Source: Acidimicrobiales bacterium (GTDB lineage Bacteria > Actinomycetota > Acidimicrobiia > Acidimicrobiales > RAAP-2). From it: 64,000 bases of DNA. Below the pieces are notes generated by a model. That model worked only from the letters and a program-made list of their open reading frames with translations. It had not been told where the DNA came from and did no database searches. Shown here piece after piece: positions 1 through 8,479 of this stretch. The translations under genes and the position numbers were made by a program. The stretch's first letter is position 1; the number at the start of each line of letters is the position of its first letter. The stretch covers positions 13,051 to 77,050 of the forward strand of contig JBEKKW010000003.1 of assembly GCA_050010495.1 (NCBI GenBank), written 5' to 3'.

Positions 1-82
1 GCTGTACCAGCAAATCGTTCTCGGGATCATCCTGCTGATCGCGGTGGGCCTCGACGCCTGGGCCCGCCAGCGTCGGCTCTAG
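1..82 (+). CDS. 3' end of a CUT2 (ribose-type) ABC sugar permease, partial; continues upstream of the window
   Basis: Frame 2 reads LYQQIVLGIILLIAVGLDAWARQRRL-stop (TAG 80-82). This is almost identical to the C-terminus of the complete permease at 48784-49800. Confidence 0.75.
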   Translation, partial: LYQQIVLGIILLIAVGLDAWARQRRL

Positions 83-114
83 GTCCCGGGCAGTAGTTTT
101 CAGAATTGGGAGGA

Positions 115-1470
115 ATGATGGGAAGCCATACCTACGGCAGTAACTCGGTCGACTGGGAGAGCCGCGTCGACATGCCGCGCCTGCGCGAGGCGCGCCTGGC
201 CAACCTCCAGCGCGAACTCGAGCGTTCGGACCTCGGCGCGCTGCTCACGTTCGACTTCCACAACATCCGCTACATGACCGGCACCCACATCGGCACCTGG
301 GCCATGGACAAGCTGATCCGCTTCGCCCTGTTGCCGCGCGGCGGCAAGCCGATCGTGTGGGACTTCGGCTCGGCGGCGCGCCATCATCAGCTCTACAACC
401 CGTGGCTGAGCGGCGTGCAGCTGTTGCCCGACGGCACCGAGGTGCCCTACGACGGAGCCCGGGCGGGGATTTCGACGCTGCGCGGCGCAATCCCCCCCGG
501 GGCCGACCGTGCCGGATCCGTGGCCGCGAAGGTCAAGGAGGTGCTGCACCAGTTCGGCCTGGAGAACGAGGCGGTCGGGGTCGACGTCGTGGAGATGCCG
601 GTGCTGGCCGCCTTCGCCAAGGAGGGCATCTCGTTGGTCGACGGCCAGCAGGTCTTCCTCGAGGCGCGCCGGATCAAGACCGGGGACGAGATCCTGCTGC
701 TGACCCACGCGGCGTCGATGGTCGATGCCGCGTACGAGGAGCTCTACACATTCCTGCGACCGGGCGTGAAGGAGAACGAGTGCGTGGCGCTGGTGAACAA
801 GACCCTGTACGACCTGGGATCCGAGCACGTCGAGGGCGTCAACGCCATCTCGGGTGAGCGCTGCTCACCCCACCCCCACGTCTACAGCGACCGCCTCATC
901 CGTCCTGGTGACCCCGCATTTTTCGACATCCTTCACAGCTTCAACGGCTACCGGACCTGCTACTACCGCACCTTCGCCGTGGGCAGCGCCTCGGTTGCCC
1001 AACGCGACGCCTACACCAGGTGTCGCGAGCTGATCGACACGGCCATTGCGCTCGTGAAGCCGGGGGCGTCGACGGCCGACATCGTGTCGATCTGGCCCAA
1101 GGCCGAGGACTTCGGGTTCGAGAACGAGGAGGCGGCCTTCGGCCTGCAGTACGGACACGGCGTAGGCCTGTCCATCTGGGAACGGCCGATCTTCAGCCGG
1201 ATGATCTCGCTCGATCACCCCGAGGTGCTCGAAGAGGGAATGGTCTTCGCCCTCGAGACCTACTGGCCGGCGAAGGACGGCTGGTCGGCCGCGCGCATCG
1301 AAGAGGAGGTCGTGGTGACCGCCGACGGTTGCGAGGTGATCACGAAGTTCCCCGCCGAAGAGTTGCTCGTCGCGGGGAAGCGTTACTACGCGGCCGGTGG
1401 TTCGCAGTTGGACCTACGAGAGTCCCAGTCGAACCTGAACACGACGTGGGGACGGGGGGAGTCGAAGTAG
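115..1470 (+). CDS. M24B (creatinase/prolidase-fold) metallohydrolase, copy 1
   Basis: ORF 106-1470. Creatinase-like N-domain plus a pita-bread C-domain with FDILHSF, HGVGLSIWERP, ALETYW and IEEEVVVT ligand-type motifs. Start placed at the ATG after GGGAGGA. Paralog at 49837-51189. Confidence 0.85.
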   Translation: MMGSHTYGSNSVDWESRVDMPRLREARLANLQRELERSDLGALLTFDFHNIRYMTGTHIGTWAMDKLIRFALLPRGGKPIVWDFGSAARHHQLYNPWLSGVQLLPDGTEVPYDGARAGISTLRGAIPPGADRAGSVAAKVKEVLHQFGLENEAVGVDVVEMPVLAAFAKEGISLVDGQQVFLEARRIKTGDEILLLTHAASMVDAAYEELYTFLRPGVKENECVALVNKTLYDLGSEHVEGVNAISGERCSPHPHVYSDRLIRPGDPAFFDILHSFNGYRTCYYRTFAVGSASVAQRDAYTRCRELIDTAIALVKPGASTADIVSIWPKAEDFGFENEEAAFGLQYGHGVGLSIWERPIFSRMISLDHPEVLEEGMVFALETYWPAKDGWSAARIEEEVVVTADGCEVITKFPAEELLVAGKRYYAAGGSQLDLRESQSNLNTTWGRGESK

Positions 1471-1613
1471 TGCAAGGGCGCGATCGCCGCGGCCCGCGGC
1501 GTTGCACCCACGAAGGTGCAGTTCTAGTATGTTAAGTGGCCGTTAACGGCCGTACGAAGTTCAGTGACGGTGCCCGCGTGACGCGGCACCCCAAACCAAT
1601 GGATAGGACCCTC

Positions 1614-2567
1614 ATGAACGATGTTGCGACCAAGGTCATCGCCGTCACCGGCGCCACCGGAGCCCAGGGAGGCAGCCTCGTTAGGGCGATCCTCGCTCAC
1701 CCCGACGGCGGATTCAGCGCCCGGGCCATCACCCGTGATCCCAACTCGGACAAGGCCAAGGCGCTCGCCGCGCTGGGCGTCGAAGTGGTCCAGGCCGACC
1801 TCGACGACGAAGCGAGCCTCGCCGCGGCCTTCGCCGGGGCCTACGGCGCATTCTGCGTCACCAACTTCTGGGAGCACTTCTCGCCGCAGAAGGAGAACGA
1901 GCAGGCGGCCAACATGGCCCGGGCGGCCAAGGCGGCCGGTGTGGCGCACGTGATCTGGTCGACGCTCGAGGACGTGCGTGACTGGGTCCCGCTCTCCGAC
2001 GATCGCATGCCCACGCTGCAAGACAAGTACAAGGTGCCCCACTTCGACGGCAAGGGAGAGTCGAACCACTACTTCTCCGACGCCGGCGTGCCGGTGACGT
2101 TCCTCAACACCTCCTTCTACTGGGAGAACATGATCTACTTCGGGATGGGACCGAAGCGGGGCGAGGACGGCGTCCTCGCCATCACCTTCCCCATCGGCGA
2201 CAAGAAGCTCGCCGGCATCGCGGCTGGCGACATCGGCGGCTGCGCCTACGGGATATTCTCCAACGCCGACACGATCGGCACGACGATCGGCATCGCCGGC
2301 GGACATCTGACGGGAGAGGACATGGCCGCCGGACTGAGCAAGGCGCTGGGCGAGCCGGTCAACTACAACGCCGTGAGCGCGGACCTGTACCGGTCCTTCG
2401 GCTTTCCCGCCGCGGACGAATTGGGCAACATGTTCCAATTCAACGCCGAATTCTCCGACGAGTACTGCGCCGCTCGCCCCCTCGACGCAACCCGCGCGCT
2501 CAACCCCGACCTTCACACCTACGATCGTTGGCTCGAGGAGAACGTCGCCAGCATCCCACTCGATTAG
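1614..2567 (+). CDS. NmrA-family NAD(P)-binding oxidoreductase, copy 1
   Basis: Rossmann motif VIAVTGATGAQGG near the N-terminus. Start moved to ATG 1614, which aligns with the paralog start at 51324 and follows GGATAGGA. Confidence 0.85.
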   Translation: MNDVATKVIAVTGATGAQGGSLVRAILAHPDGGFSARAITRDPNSDKAKALAALGVEVVQADLDDEASLAAAFAGAYGAFCVTNFWEHFSPQKENEQAANMARAAKAAGVAHVIWSTLEDVRDWVPLSDDRMPTLQDKYKVPHFDGKGESNHYFSDAGVPVTFLNTSFYWENMIYFGMGPKRGEDGVLAITFPIGDKKLAGIAAGDIGGCAYGIFSNADTIGTTIGIAGGHLTGEDMAAGLSKALGEPVNYNAVSADLYRSFGFPAADELGNMFQFNAEFSDEYCAARPLDATRALNPDLHTYDRWLEENVASIPLD

Positions 2568-2619
2568 GAGATTCCTCACGGGACTATTTGTCGCCACCAA
2601 TGCGCGTGGCGCTCGACGG

Positions 2620-3456
2620 TTAGAACTCTTGGTAGACCGCGGGATCCTGACCGGCCAGGCGACCATCGGGTCGGGCCAGCGAGTTGATTGCGGCCACGTC
2701 CTCGCCCGTCAGCGCGATGTCGAAGACGTCGAGGTTCTCGCGCTGGCGTTGCGCCGACCTCGACTTGGGAATCGGGACGGCTCCCTGGTGCACGTGCCAC
2801 GCCAGGACGGCCTGCGCCGGGGTGACGGCGTGGGCGGTGGCGATCCCGGCGATGACGGGGTTGGCGAGGAGGTCACTGTCGCGGCCTAAGGGACTCCACG
2901 ACTCGGTGATGATCCCGTGCTCGCGGTGGTAGGCCAATTGGTCGGCCTGGGGCCAGTACGGGTGCAGTTCGATCTGGTTGACCTCGGGCAGTTCGCCGGT
3001 CTCGTTCCAGAGCCGCTCGAGGTGCTCGGGCAGGAAGTTGCTGACCCCGATGTGGCGCACCAGGCCGCGGTTGCGGGCCTCCATGAGCGCTGTCCACGCG
3101 CCGACGTAGCGGTCCTCTAGGGGGTTGGGCCAGTGGATGAGGTAGAGGTCGATGGTGTCGAGGCCCATTCGCATGGCGCTCTCCTCGATGGTGGTGCGGG
3201 CCTCGTCAAAGTCGTGATGGCGACCGGGCAATTTGGACGTCACGATCAGCTCGTGACGGGGTAGGCCGCAGCGACGTACGGCGTCGCCGACCGCACCCTC
3301 GTTCTCGTAGTTCACCGCAGAGTCCAGCAATCGGTAGCCGAGGCCAATGGCCTCGGAGATGATTCCCGAGCCGGCGTCGCCGTCGAGGGAGTAGGTGCCG
3401 AGACCGATCGCGGGTAGGGAAAGGCCCGAATGGCCCGAGAGTGAGGGTACAGCCAT
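2620..3456 (-). CDS. Aldo/keto reductase (2,5-diketo-D-gluconate reductase-like)
   Basis: Motifs LPAIGLGTY, LLDSAVNYENEG, LYLIHWP and IPKS..R..ENL. Start set at ATG 3456 (MAVPSL...), preceded by AAAGG. The longer ORF to 3711 adds an implausible N-terminus. Confidence 0.9.
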   Translation of the reverse strand: MAVPSLSGHSGLSLPAIGLGTYSLDGDAGSGIISEAIGLGYRLLDSAVNYENEGAVGDAVRRCGLPRHELIVTSKLPGRHHDFDEARTTIEESAMRMGLDTIDLYLIHWPNPLEDRYVGAWTALMEARNRGLVRHIGVSNFLPEHLERLWNETGELPEVNQIELHPYWPQADQLAYHREHGIITESWSPLGRDSDLLANPVIAGIATAHAVTPAQAVLAWHVHQGAVPIPKSRSAQRQRENLDVFDIALTGEDVAAINSLARPDGRLAGQDPAVYQEF

Positions 3457-3552
3457 GATCCACCTTTCTGTGACGAAGACGAGCTGGGAAGGTATCAGGG
3501 TACCAAGCACGGCACGACGCCGTCTTCTTGCACTGACCGTTAGGGTCCAGTC

Positions 3553-3867
3553 ATGAAGAAACGTCTCGTTACCCGCTACGCCACGAAGACCAAAGATGAC
3601 GCCGACGAGAACCAACGGCGGATCGAGGCCGTGTTCGACGAGTTGGCGTTGGCCCAACCGGACAACGTCAGTTACCTCGTCCTTCGTCTGGCCGACGACT
3701 CGTTCGTCCACGTCTCATTCCACGATCACGGTGACGATGAGGTGAACCCGATCTCATCGACGAAGACGTTCGCGCACTTCCAAGAGAACCACGGCGATCG
3801 AAGAAGGGGCGACGTCGATCAGCAGACCGCGACCCTCGTCGGGGCTTACATCACGGCCATCGGCTGA
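3553..3867 (+). CDS. Small (104 aa) conserved protein, ABM/dimeric alpha-beta-barrel-like, copy 1
   Basis: The spacing pattern LVTRYATK...ENQRRIEAVF...VSYLVLRL.DDSFVHVSF...F.HF resembles antibiotic-biosynthesis-monooxygenase-like folds. Paralog at 53362-53676. Confidence 0.5.
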   Translation: MKKRLVTRYATKTKDDADENQRRIEAVFDELALAQPDNVSYLVLRLADDSFVHVSFHDHGDDEVNPISSTKTFAHFQENHGDRRRGDVDQQTATLVGAYITAIG

Positions 3868-3950
3868 CGGAGCAAAGGCCCGGCGCCGGGGCGGGAACGT
3901 GAGTGCCGTAATCCTCCGCGCCGTTCGCCGTCGCGAGGTGCGCTCGCGGG

Positions 3951-4367
3951 TCAGGGCGTCGTCGTGTCGATGAGTCGAGCGATGTGGCTAAGGTCACCCG
4001 CGCTCGACCCGAGGTTGATGGCCATCTCGGTGGCGAGTTCGGCGTTGACGCGCGTCCTGACGGCTCGGCCCTTCGCGGTCAGGGTAAGCATCCGAACGCG
4101 GCGGTCGACCGGATCGGGCACCCGTTCGACCAGCCCCAGGAGTTCCGCTCGATCGACGAGCCCGGTCACGTTGGAGGGGTCGCAGGACAGGTCCTCGGCG
4201 TAGGCCCTCATCGACATCGGCTCATCGAGCATGCGCAGCAGTCCCACCTGCTGCGGGGTGAGTTCGTGGCGGGCGGCCACCACCGACACGATCTGATTGA
4301 CGCGGTGCGATACGTCCAGGAGTCCATTGACTAGTTGGTCTGCCGCGGGGGACTCGTCCTTCGTCAC
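3951..4367 (-). CDS. MarR-family transcriptional regulator, copy 1
   Basis: Winged-helix core LTPQQVGLLRML...SNVTGLVDRAELLGLVERVPDPVDRRVRMLTLTAKG. GTG start. Divergent from the FMN reductase gene. Confidence 0.9.
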   Translation of the reverse strand: MTKDESPAADQLVNGLLDVSHRVNQIVSVVAARHELTPQQVGLLRMLDEPMSMRAYAEDLSCDPSNVTGLVDRAELLGLVERVPDPVDRRVRMLTLTAKGRAVRTRVNAELATEMAINLGSSAGDLSHIARLIDTTTP

Positions 4368-4418
4368 CCGTCAAGTCTCCCAGGGAAACCTTGACCGCAT
4401 CAAGTATTTGTGAAACAC

Positions 4419-4452
4419 TTTAGTTCATCAATGGTCGAGTGAATGAACTAAA
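4419..4452. promoter_or_regulatory. Perfect 10-bp inverted repeat in the MarR/FMN-reductase divergent spacer (candidate MarR operator)
   Basis: TTTAGTTCAT-N14-ATGAACTAAA, ending 12 nt before ATG 4465. A second small palindrome, CTTGACCGCATCAAG, lies at 4390-4404. Confidence 0.4.
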
Positions 4453-4464
4453 AGGAGTCCCACC

Positions 4465-5109
4465 ATGCTGAACCTCAAGATCATCGTCGGCAGCACCCGC
4501 CCGACGCGGTCGGCCGATCTCGTCGCTCCGTGGGTTATCGAGCGGGCCACGAGCCACGGTGCCTTCGACGTCGAGGTCCTGGACCTGCGCGATTGGCCGT
4601 TGCCCCTGTTCCAGGAACACATGGGCAGCATCGGCGACTTCGCCGACCCCACCTACTCCGACCCCCTGGTGCGCAAGTGGAACCAAACGCTTAAAGGGGC
4701 GGACGGACTCCTGGTCGTCACCGCCGAGTACCTGCACTCGATTCCGGGGGTGCTCAAGAACGCCCTCGACTCGGTGTTCGTCAGTTGGGCGCTTCGCAAC
4801 AAGCCTCTGGCGTCGGTCGGCTACAGCGTCGGTGTCGCGGCCGGGGTTCGAGCGGTGGAGCATCTGATCGACGTCGCGATCGAAATGGAGATGGTGCCGC
4901 TGCGCGACACGGTTCTCATTCCCAATGTCACCACGGCGTTTGACGAACACGGGGTGCCCGTGGATCCCATGGCCCAGATCGCGATGACCATCCTGCTCGA
5001 CGACCTCGAGTGGTGGGGCACGTTGCTCGCCCGGGCCCGCGCGGAAGGTGAATTGGCACCTGGAAGCCTGCGGGTTCGTTCCGAGCTGGCCAAACTCAAT
5101 CCTTCTTGA
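4465..5109 (+). CDS. NADPH-dependent FMN reductase (quinone/azo/chromate-reductase-type flavoprotein), copy 1
   Basis: Motifs MLNLKIIVGSTRPTR..., LVVTAEYLHSIPGVLKNALD. AAGGAG RBS upstream. Confidence 0.9.
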   Translation: MLNLKIIVGSTRPTRSADLVAPWVIERATSHGAFDVEVLDLRDWPLPLFQEHMGSIGDFADPTYSDPLVRKWNQTLKGADGLLVVTAEYLHSIPGVLKNALDSVFVSWALRNKPLASVGYSVGVAAGVRAVEHLIDVAIEMEMVPLRDTVLIPNVTTAFDEHGVPVDPMAQIAMTILLDDLEWWGTLLARARAEGELAPGSLRVRSELAKLNPS

Positions 5110-5265
5110 CGCGAGCACTGGTCCCTTTCGCCTCGACAGTTCCATATCGTCCGCGGCTGTCGACACAAAACTGAGAGTTCTTTGCTCCGTGTGGCCCTGA
5201 TGGCGCGAGTGAGAATGGGCACTGAAAGAACGACGCAACGGGAGTGCATGATGTTCACCAGTCAT

Positions 5266-5376
5266 CTAGCGGATGTGTCCTGCGCTCGCCTTGCTCGGTA
5301 GCGAGATGGCGAAGGGCAAGACGATCATCAAGATTCCCATGACCAGGATCGGCCAATAAACGAGTCTGCGGGTCAT
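5266..5376 (-). CDS. Candidate 36-aa single-pass membrane peptide (below the ORF-track cutoff)
   Basis: Reverse strand reads GAAGGAGAAGGGT-ATG, then MTRRLVYWPILVMGILMIVLPFAISLPSKASAGHIR-stop. Strong RBS and one hydrophobic helix, located in an otherwise ORF-free AT-richer spacer. Confidence 0.3.
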   Translation of the reverse strand: MTRRLVYWPILVMGILMIVLPFAISLPSKASAGHIR

Positions 5377-5533
5377 ACCCTTCTCCTTCGTTGGGAATGG
5401 CTGCAGACGACGCTCGTGAGAAATGGGCCTTCGCCGATCCCCCCGTGCTATCGTATACTATTATCATGATGGATTAAGTCGTATTTAGGGGGACGCGGCC
5501 GACGATATTTTGGGCCACGACGAAAGGAGCACC

Positions 5534-6112
5534 ATGGCAGTACGTGATGAAGTCTTGGCCGCAAACAAGGAGTACGTCGATACGTTCGGTGAGAGGGGCG
5601 CGTTGGCGCTGCCGCCCGCTCGGCAGATCGCGATCCTGACCTGCATGGATGCGCGTCTAGATCCGGCCAAGTACGCCGGCCTGGCCGAGGGTGACGCCCA
5701 CGTGATCCGCAACGCCGGCGGTCGCGCCAGCGACGACGCTATCCGTTCCCTCGTCATCTCCTACAAGCTTCTTGGCACCAAGGAGTGGTTCGTCATCCAT
5801 CACAGCGACTGCGGCATGGAGTTCTTCACCGACGAGGTGATCCGCGGACTTCTCGCGCAGAGCCTCGAGACGGCGTCGTTGGGGCCAGACGGGTTCTTCG
5901 ACGTCGGCCCCGGTCCCGGTTCGGGGGAGGGCGCGTTCATTGATTGGCTGACTATCTCCGGAACGAACCAGGGCGTCGTGGAGGACGTCGAGCGCATTCG
6001 CCGTCACCCCCTGGTCCCGGGCCGAATCCCGATATACGGGTTCGTGTACGACGTTCGTACCGGGGCACTGATCGAAGTGCCGGAGGCCACGAAGGCGGGC
6101 GCGGCCAAGTAG
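5534..6112 (+). CDS. Beta-class carbonic anhydrase
   Basis: Zinc-ligand motifs [10 protein letters not shown] and HHSDCGM. Start at the ATG preceded by GAAAGGAG. Confidence 0.9.
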   Translation: MAVRDEVLAANKEYVDTFGERGALALPPARQIAILTCMDARLDPAKYAGLAEGDAHVIRNAGGRASDDAIRSLVISYKLLGTKEWFVIHHSDCGMEFFTDEVIRGLLAQSLETASLGPDGFFDVGPGPGSGEGAFIDWLTISGTNQGVVEDVERIRRHPLVPGRIPIYGFVYDVRTGALIEVPEATKAGAAK

Positions 6113-6174
6113 TCGGCCCCGCGTAACCGAAGGTGCTCGTTGCGCTCAGGCGTGGGCGATCCGGTGTGGGACGG

Positions 6175-7437
6175 TTATCCCATCGGGTAGGAAGAAGAGA
6201 GTTCGTCAGATGAACCGGGCCGTGCGAAGTACCAGCCCTGACCGCATTCGACACCGGCGTCGCGCAGCACCAGGGCGTCGTCTCTCGTCTCGACGCCCTC
6301 GGCGACGACGGTGGTGCCCGCTCCGTGTCCGAAGTCGACGAGCGCGTTCACCAGCGTTCGCAGCACGGGGTCGGAGGCCACGCCGGCGACGATGCTTCGG
6401 TCGAGCTTGATGATGTCGGGTGCCGTCAACAAGATATGGCGCAGCGACGAGAACCCGGCGCCCACGTCGTCGATCGCCAACCGCATGCCCATGTCCCGCA
6501 ACGGACTGAGCGACGAGGCGATGGCCGCGTAGTCCTCGACTTGATCGTGCTCGGACAGCTCGATGACGATTCGATTGGCCGGGAGTTCAGCGAGTTGCTC
6601 CAGACAGTGCTCGTCGAGCAGGGTGAGCGGTGAGAAGTTGATCGCCAGGTACCCCGAGATCTCGGACAGTTGAGCGGCGGCGCATTGAAAGGCCAGTAAT
6701 TCGAGTTCAATGCCGGCGCCAATCGACGTGGCCTCGCCGAACACCTCGTCGGGCGGCTTTCCCCATTCGGCCGGGAACCGGCTGAGCGCTTCGGCCCCGA
6801 CGCGCAGGCCCTCGGTCAGTTCGACGATGGGCTGTAGCACTACGTGTGGTCCGCCCGAATAGATGATCGGCTGCAGCTGGTCGCGGATGGAGGCCTCTCG
6901 ACGACGCTCCTGCACGCCCGGTTCGATGATGGTGGCGGCCGCACTCGCCAGGACCTCCATCAGGGCGCGGTCCCGCTTCGTGAGCTCGTTGTCGGCGCTG
7001 AAGCCGGCGGCGCAGAACGTGCCGTAGAGCGTTCCGTCGCTCAGTGAGACGGGCACCGACACGTAACTTCGTATGCGCGGGAATCGTGCCGCCGGCAGCC
7101 GCTTCGCCTCGGGGAGCTTGGCGACGTTGGGGATCACGCTGGGCAGTTTGCCGTCCAGGATCGCCTGGCAGAGTGACGTCGCCTGAGGTTGGGTTTGGCC
7201 GTCTCGGAAGAAGGGGATGGAGGATTCGACCACCTCCAGGTGCTGAGTCTCGCCGTCGAGTCGGCTCAGGAACGTCATGCTCAAACCGAGTGAGGTCTTA
7301 GCGATTCGCAGGAGTTCGGCGATCTTCAACTCCGAATCCGAGCGTTCGCGTCGATTCGATGCCATCTCTCTCGACACTAGGTCATGGGATGTGGAGTGCC
7401 ATTCGATCGTTGACCGTTCGGCTTCCAAGATTGCCAC
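6175..7437 (-). CDS. GAF-EAL protein (putative c-di-GMP phosphodiesterase, no GGDEF domain)
   Basis: C-terminal EAL motifs QPIVEL..G.RVGAEALSRF, DDVGAGFSSLRHI, KLDRS, EGVET and GQG. The N-terminal half is GAF-like. Start is uncertain: GTG 7437 abuts GGAAGG, and TTG 7428 has better spacing. Confidence 0.85.
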   Translation of the reverse strand: MAILEAERSTIEWHSTSHDLVSREMASNRRERSDSELKIAELLRIAKTSLGLSMTFLSRLDGETQHLEVVESSIPFFRDGQTQPQATSLCQAILDGKLPSVIPNVAKLPEAKRLPAARFPRIRSYVSVPVSLSDGTLYGTFCAAGFSADNELTKRDRALMEVLASAAATIIEPGVQERRREASIRDQLQPIIYSGGPHVVLQPIVELTEGLRVGAEALSRFPAEWGKPPDEVFGEATSIGAGIELELLAFQCAAAQLSEISGYLAINFSPLTLLDEHCLEQLAELPANRIVIELSEHDQVEDYAAIASSLSPLRDMGMRLAIDDVGAGFSSLRHILLTAPDIIKLDRSIVAGVASDPVLRTLVNALVDFGHGAGTTVVAEGVETRDDALVLRDAGVECGQGWYFARPGSSDELSSSYPMG

Positions 7438-7838
7438 CTTCCACGCTCGGAGACCCCCGGTTCAGGTGCCGCGCAGAGAGCCGTGAATCAGGGGTGTCGG
7501 CACAGCGTGGCGCCGTCACTGGAGGTTGCGGGCATCGACCGTTCGTCGAAAGTGGCTTGGGGTAAACCCTGAGTTGACCTCAGCGCGCCCTTCGAACGTG
7601 AGGGTAATCCCGGATTGTCCTTTGCGGGCCTGGTGCCTACTGTCCTTGGTAGGCCAGAGTAAGGGAACGGGAGTCGCAATGGGTGAGGACACGTACCACT
7701 TACGTCTTCGCTGCACCCATGGGGCAGAAGATCTCCCTCTCGCCCAAGGAGTTTCTTCGCCGTCGAAGGTCTCAGAGACGATGGCGCCCGTCGGAACGAC
7801 GAAGAGACTGGCGAAGCGCAAATAGCCCCCAACGTCGA

Positions 7839-7878
7839 TTGACATGGCGATGTATATCGAGTAGCATACTGAGTATGC
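7839..7878 (+). promoter_or_regulatory. Sigma-70-like promoter with an overlapping palindrome upstream of padR
   Basis: TTGACA (7839-7844), 17 nt, then TAGCAT (7862-7867). The perfect palindrome GCATACT-G-AGTATGC (7864-7878) overlaps the -10 element. Confidence 0.45.
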
Positions 7879-7897
7879 ATAACATCGTGAGCCCCCA

Positions 7898-8479
7898 ATG
7901 AGCATTCGCCACTCCTTGTTGGCCCTCTTGAGTGAAGGCCCCAAATACGGGTTCCAGTTGCGTCAGGAGTTCGAGGCCAGCACCGGCGACGTGTGGCCAC
8001 TCAACGTCGGCCAGGTCTACACGACACTGGACCGGCTGGAGCGCGACGGCCTGGCACACTCTGACGGCGTTGATGCCGATGAGCGCCAAAGGAACTTTCA
8101 AATCACCGAAGAGGGCGAGTCGGAATTGGCGCGATGGTTGCGAACGCCACCCGATCTCACGCAGCCGCCTCGGGATGAACTCGTCATCAAGGTCCTGGTG
8201 GCTTCCCGCTTGCCGGATGTCGACGTCTACGAGGTGATCCAGATCCACCGCCGCTATTTGGTACAGCTGATGCAGCAGTGGACCCATCTAAAGGAGGACG
8301 AAGCCCACTTCGACCTGGCCTTCGCCCTGGCGGTCGACGCGGAACTGTTTCGTCTGGACGCGGTCGTTCGCTGGCTCGACGCCGCGGACGGTCGACTTCG
8401 GCGCGCCAGTCACGAATCGACGACGGACGTCGCTGACGCACCCCCGCGTCTGGCGCGAAGGATGGGAGCACACCGATGA
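7898..8479 (+). CDS. PadR-family transcriptional regulator
   Basis: N-terminus SLLALLSEGPKYGFQLRQEFE...VYTTLDRLERDGL is the typical PadR winged helix. Overlaps the next gene (ATGA). Confidence 0.9.
   Translation: MSIRHSLLALLSEGPKYGFQLRQEFEASTGDVWPLNVGQVYTTLDRLERDGLAHSDGVDADERQRNFQITEEGESELARWLRTPPDLTQPPRDELVIKVLVASRLPDVDVYEVIQIHRRYLVQLMQQWTHLKEDEAHFDLAFALAVDAELFRLDAVVRWLDAADGRLRRASHESTTDVADAPPRLARRMGAHR

Larger units (their letters stand above)
1..5109. repeat. Copy 1 of a ~5.1-kb segmental duplication (paralogous to 49719-54866)
   Basis: Same gene order and orientation as copy 2, except for one exchanged slot (2568-3552). A hand alignment of 121-240 against the start of the copy 2 M24 gene gives 111 of 120 identical nt. 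Confidence 0.85.

Noticed and set aside
100-828. Long antisense and alternative-frame ORFs overlapping confident genes. Examples: 100-828(-), 1524-2666(-), 4420-5265(-), 10770-11735(-), 22784-23764(+), 25496-26350(-), 48631-49812(-), 50197-51234(-), 56042-57001(-), 61315-62415(+).
   Set aside because: Their translations are Arg/Pro/Gly/Ala-rich with no motifs, and each lies opposite or out of frame to a gene with clear family signatures. These are the shadow ORFs expected in GC-rich DNA.
7600-7660. A c-di-GMP-I (GEMM-I) riboswitch upstream of the EAL gene.
   Set aside because: The minus strand has GGCACCAGGCCCGCAAAGGACAATCCGGG, which loosely recalls GGCAAACC...ACGCAAAGCC.CCGG. It lacks the intervening P1 hairpin and the tetraloop/receptor parts.
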